The notes below the pieces were generated by a model that was not told the DNA's origin, ran no database searches, and saw only the letters and a list, made by a program, of their open reading frames with translations. This document shows positions 60,679 through 64,000 of a stretch of 64,000 bases of DNA, piece after piece (position 1 is the stretch's first letter; every line of letters begins with the position of its first letter). The DNA comes from Armatimonadota bacterium (GTDB lineage Bacteria > Armatimonadota > UBA5829 > DTLH01): assembly GCA_039680575.1 (NCBI GenBank), contig JBDKSP010000021.1, forward strand, positions 29,430 to 93,429, in the 5' to 3' direction. The translations under genes and the position numbers were made by a program.

Positions 60679-61413
60679 ATGTCTAGCAATGAATATGTAG
60701 TTCGGACAAAAGACCTTTGTAAAGAATTCACCATGGGAGAGACAACGCTCCTTGCGCTCGATAACGTGCATCTGGACATAAAATGCGGAGAATATATATC
60801 TATCATGGGTCCGTCCGGCTCGGGTAAATCGACTCTGTTCAACATGATCGGCGGGTTGGATAAACCATCAACCGGTACTGTTTTCATAAATGATGTGGAC
60901 ATGGCCCAGTTGGACGCACAGGAGCTTGCTTACCTGAGATGCCGGACAATTGGTTATATCTTCCAGACATTCAACCTGATTCCCGTTATGACTGCGCTTG
61001 AGAACGTGAAATTACCAACAATCTTCGCTGGAATGCCGGATCACGAGGGTAACGAGAGGGCTATGGCGCTCCTTGACCTTGTTGGGCTTGGGAAGAGGTA
61101 TCATCACAAACCTTCTGAGCTTTCCGGAGGACAGCAGCAGCGCGTAGCTATTGCCAGATCACTTGCCAACAACCCAGCGATTATCCTCGCGGACGAACCG
61201 ACAGGCAACCTGGACCTTAAAACCGGCAAGGAAATCATTGATCTTCTTCGCAGACTGAACAAAGATCAGGGTGTAACTATTATCTCAGCTACTCACGACC
61301 TGAAGATGCTCGATGTCTCCGACAGGATCATCTGGATTCGAGACGGCAAGATAGACCGCATTGAGGATAGATCAGATATCGAGCTCAAGGTCGGCCATCT
61401 CGAAGGTGAATAA
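60679..61413 (+). CDS. ABC transporter ATP-binding protein (LolD/MacB type)
   Basis: Motifs [33 protein letters not shown] and ATHD. Confidence 0.96.
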   Translation: MSSNEYVVRTKDLCKEFTMGETTLLALDNVHLDIKCGEYISIMGPSGSGKSTLFNMIGGLDKPSTGTVFINDVDMAQLDAQELAYLRCRTIGYIFQTFNLIPVMTALENVKLPTIFAGMPDHEGNERAMALLDLVGLGKRYHHKPSELSGGQQQRVAIARSLANNPAIILADEPTGNLDLKTGKEIIDLLRRLNKDQGVTIISATHDLKMLDVSDRIIWIRDGKIDRIEDRSDIELKVGHLEGE

Positions 61414-63495
61414 TCAGATTTTTGAATCCGGCAGGAGCCGTAACGAGTTTGCAATGACTACCAGGCTGCTCGCAAGCATTGCAGTAGCTGCAATCAGAGG
61501 ATGAACGTACCCGAAAAACGCAAGCACCATAGCCACCGTGTTATAACCGAATGCCCATACAAGGTTTTGCCGGATAATCCTGTAGGTTTTTCTGGATAAT
61601 CTGATAACCCAGGGTATACGGAGCAGGTCATTGCCAACCAAAGTCACATCACTCGACTGTCTGGCAATGTCTCTACCTCCGCCGGTGGCAATCCCTATAT
61701 CCGCTTCATCAAGCGCAGGTGCATCATTTATTCCATCACCAACCATAGCGATAGGACACTTTCGTATCTTCCTGGCATTTGCGATCGCTTCGACTTTCTC
61801 TATAGGAGTACATTCGAAAAGCGACATGGCAATGCCTGCTTCCTTTGCCGACCGGCGGGTGGGAGCCTCACGGTCACCTGAGATAACGGCTGATGAAATA
61901 CCCATACCGAGGAGCGAAGCGACCGTTGCCGGTGCTGATATGTGAAGGCTATCCCTGAGCCTGATTGCGGCCTGTACTCTTCCTCTCCAGCCTATATATA
62001 TGGTAGTCGATTGATCGTTATCGCCTGATTCTGCCAACTTGAGCGGCAGTTCATGATCTATCTTGAGGAGTTTCAGAGAGCCGATAGTCACATGCCTTTT
62101 GGTTCCGCAAATAGATACATCGCCCGATACACCATAGCTTGGATACACTTTCAAATTGGACACTTTTCCTGTTTCACAGCCTTTTGCCTGAGTTGCTGAG
62201 ACAATCGCTTTGGCTATAATATGTTTACTTTCAGATTCGAGTGAAGTGGCATATATGAGCACTTCGTCTATCGTAACACTCGCGGAATAGAGCACAATAT
62301 CGGAAACCACAAGCTTGTTTGAAGTCAAGATACCCGTTTTATCGAAGAGAATATGTGAGACAAACTGCAGCCGCTCGAATACTTTTCCTGAGCAGAATAA
62401 AACACCGGAGCGAGTTGCTTTACCCATCGCGATGCAAGTTGCAAGCGGCGTAGCGATACCGAGCGCACATGGACAGGCAACCACAAGCATCGCAAGCGTT
62501 GAGAGCCCGGCGCGTTCAGGATTATGGTGGATAATCCCCCAGTAAACCCCTGTGCCTGCCGCCGCAGCCCATACCAGTGGGACGAAAACCGATGTCACGC
62601 GCTCCGTCAACCATTCTATAGGAGTACGCCCGCTTTGGGACTGTTCAATCAGATGCTGCATCTGAACAATAAGTGACTCTTCGCCAACAGCCATTGCCAC
62701 AACGGATATCATCCCAGCACAGCTTATACTTCCGCTGAAAACGATGTCCCCTGGACAGCACCTCCGCGGTCTGTGTTCCCCCGTGAACGCGGATTCCTCG
62801 ATCGTGCATTCTCCTGAAGTGATCCTACCGTCAGCTGGTATTCGTTCCCCCGGTTTTACCAGAATAATATCGCCTTTTCGCACGTCGCCTGCAGGGATTA
62901 TCTTTTCGATTCCCGCGCGAACAACCCTGGCTGTGTCTGGAATGAGCGAGAATATGCTCTTTACGGCGCTGGATGCCCTGCTTTTGGCGGTAGCTTCGAC
63001 TAAGCGCACAATGGTGACTATAAGAAGGAGCATTGTCGCCGTATCGAAGTAAATATGCCCGCTGCCGGTGATAGAATGCCAAACACTTATGCCGTATGCC
63101 ATAAATACTCCGGTAACAATCAGAGCATCTGTGTCAAAACGCTTCTTTCGGATTTTATTAAACGCACAGGAAAGGAACGGAGCACCGAGTATAATCACAG
63201 CAGGAGTAGAAAGGATAATGAGGACGAGTCTAAATCCATGTACTGCTGACGTGGATAGATCGCCGGGCGCACTCAGGTAAAGCACAAGGCTAAGCATCAT
63301 TACATTAATTGCCAGGAACACGCCAAGTCCGAACCTGAGGAGAATCCAGGTAGCTGTTCCGTTTTCACCCCAAGTACCAAGTATTCGCTCTGCCAGATAA
63401 CATCCTGAGTCGCAATAATTCTTTTTGCTACCAGGGGAATAGCCGGGACTACTTAATGTAAGTCCGCAATAGTCGCAAGTATGGCGAGTCTTCAA
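61414..63495 (-). CDS. Heavy-metal P1B-type ATPase (Cu-type TM motifs)
   Basis: N-terminal CDYCG/YCDSGC, FTGE, ACPCALG, FDKTGILT, MVGDGINDAPAL, WAFGYN and AMLASS. GGAGG SD. Confidence 0.9.
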   Translation of the reverse strand: MKTRHTCDYCGLTLSSPGYSPGSKKNYCDSGCYLAERILGTWGENGTATWILLRFGLGVFLAINVMMLSLVLYLSAPGDLSTSAVHGFRLVLIILSTPAVIILGAPFLSCAFNKIRKKRFDTDALIVTGVFMAYGISVWHSITGSGHIYFDTATMLLLIVTIVRLVEATAKSRASSAVKSIFSLIPDTARVVRAGIEKIIPAGDVRKGDIILVKPGERIPADGRITSGECTIEESAFTGEHRPRRCCPGDIVFSGSISCAGMISVVAMAVGEESLIVQMQHLIEQSQSGRTPIEWLTERVTSVFVPLVWAAAAGTGVYWGIIHHNPERAGLSTLAMLVVACPCALGIATPLATCIAMGKATRSGVLFCSGKVFERLQFVSHILFDKTGILTSNKLVVSDIVLYSASVTIDEVLIYATSLESESKHIIAKAIVSATQAKGCETGKVSNLKVYPSYGVSGDVSICGTKRHVTIGSLKLLKIDHELPLKLAESGDNDQSTTIYIGWRGRVQAAIRLRDSLHISAPATVASLLGMGISSAVISGDREAPTRRSAKEAGIAMSLFECTPIEKVEAIANARKIRKCPIAMVGDGINDAPALDEADIGIATGGGRDIARQSSDVTLVGNDLLRIPWVIRLSRKTYRIIRQNLVWAFGYNTVAMVLAFFGYVHPLIAATAMLASSLVVIANSLRLLPDSKI

Positions 63496-63872
63496 TTATT
63501 ATTACCTCCACATCTGGAAGCTCTCTCGCCACGAATCTACCCAAAAAGCAGAACTTTAAAATGTATCAGGAACCAGGTCAGGAGGATATACTTTTTAACC
63601 GTGCTCAAAATGTGAACTGTACAAATAAAAGCATGCGGTATGCCCTTTGGTGAGGATAATCTTCCGGCCGGGGCCATCCGTGGCCCTCAGCCGGAAGCCT
63701 GGAGTCTGGAGGACGGAGTCTTCTATCAGGATTTAGTCCAATGGGTGTATACCAGTGACTTTATTCAGGCAAACATCGTCGACATCTCCCATCAGATAAG
63801 CTCCATATAGCGGGACATAGGACAGGTTTTCTACCATAAGTCTAGTTGACCGTTCTTTACCGAGTCTGTCTT

Positions 63873-63951
63873 TCTATAGATTTTCGGCTGATTAATTAAC
63901 GGCCAATCATATGTTGGCTGTTGCCGAAAATCTTCCGGAAGAGTTTCAGGT
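63873..63951 (+). repeat. Partial copy D of the nested palindromic repeat (inner module)
   Basis: TCTATAGATTTTCGGCT...GCCGAAAATCTTCCGGAAGAGTTTCAGGT matches the insert of copy C (~12208-12257), with a larger loop. Confidence 0.8.
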
Positions 63952-64000
63952 GTAAGTGTAAAATCAACAGATAAAGCTATATCAGAGAACTGTTTATATA

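Noticed and set aside
63661..63697. GC-rich hairpin CTTCCGGC...GGGCCA-TCCG-TGGCCC...GCCGGAAG upstream of the P-type ATPase as a riboswitch
   Set aside because: The hairpin is real, but I cannot match it to any riboswitch consensus. It is more likely another REP-like element.

Overview
Gene-dense bacterial chromosomal window of moderate GC. The gene content is compatible with an Armatimonadota-like organism, but that is inference only. Housekeeping genes are hisS-aspS, cysE-cysS, trpB2, tRNA-Arg(TCT), tRNA-His(GTG) and an hrcA / thermosome-like chaperonin / grpE cluster. Carbohydrate genes include a BadF-type kinase, GH129-like, GH130 and secreted GH5-like enzymes, and pfkB-mtlD-lyxose isomerase. 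Signalling genes are a PAS histidine kinase, GGDEF/HD-GYP, a PAS-RsbT-like kinase and MASE3-GAF-SpoIIE. The window also has a MoxR-DUF58-transglutaminase trio, an orphan DNA methyltransferase, a degenerate VapBC-like pair and a P1B ATPase. The best candidate for an undescribed system is the six-gene operon at ~51.1-61.4 kb. It encodes a giant fusion of an apparently inactive M28/PA (nicalin/nicastrin-like) domain with FtsX permease domains, an OPT-like transporter, an internally duplicated unknown protein, a stand-alone PqqD/RRE protein, a second FtsX permease with an apparent split SLBB domain, and a LolD/MacB-type ATPase. Non-coding highlights are a family of modular nested palindromic repeats (4 related copies), REP-like elements and a possible attenuator before cysE. 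No CRISPR array, integrase or transposase was seen. All family assignments come from motif recognition by eye, with no database searches.
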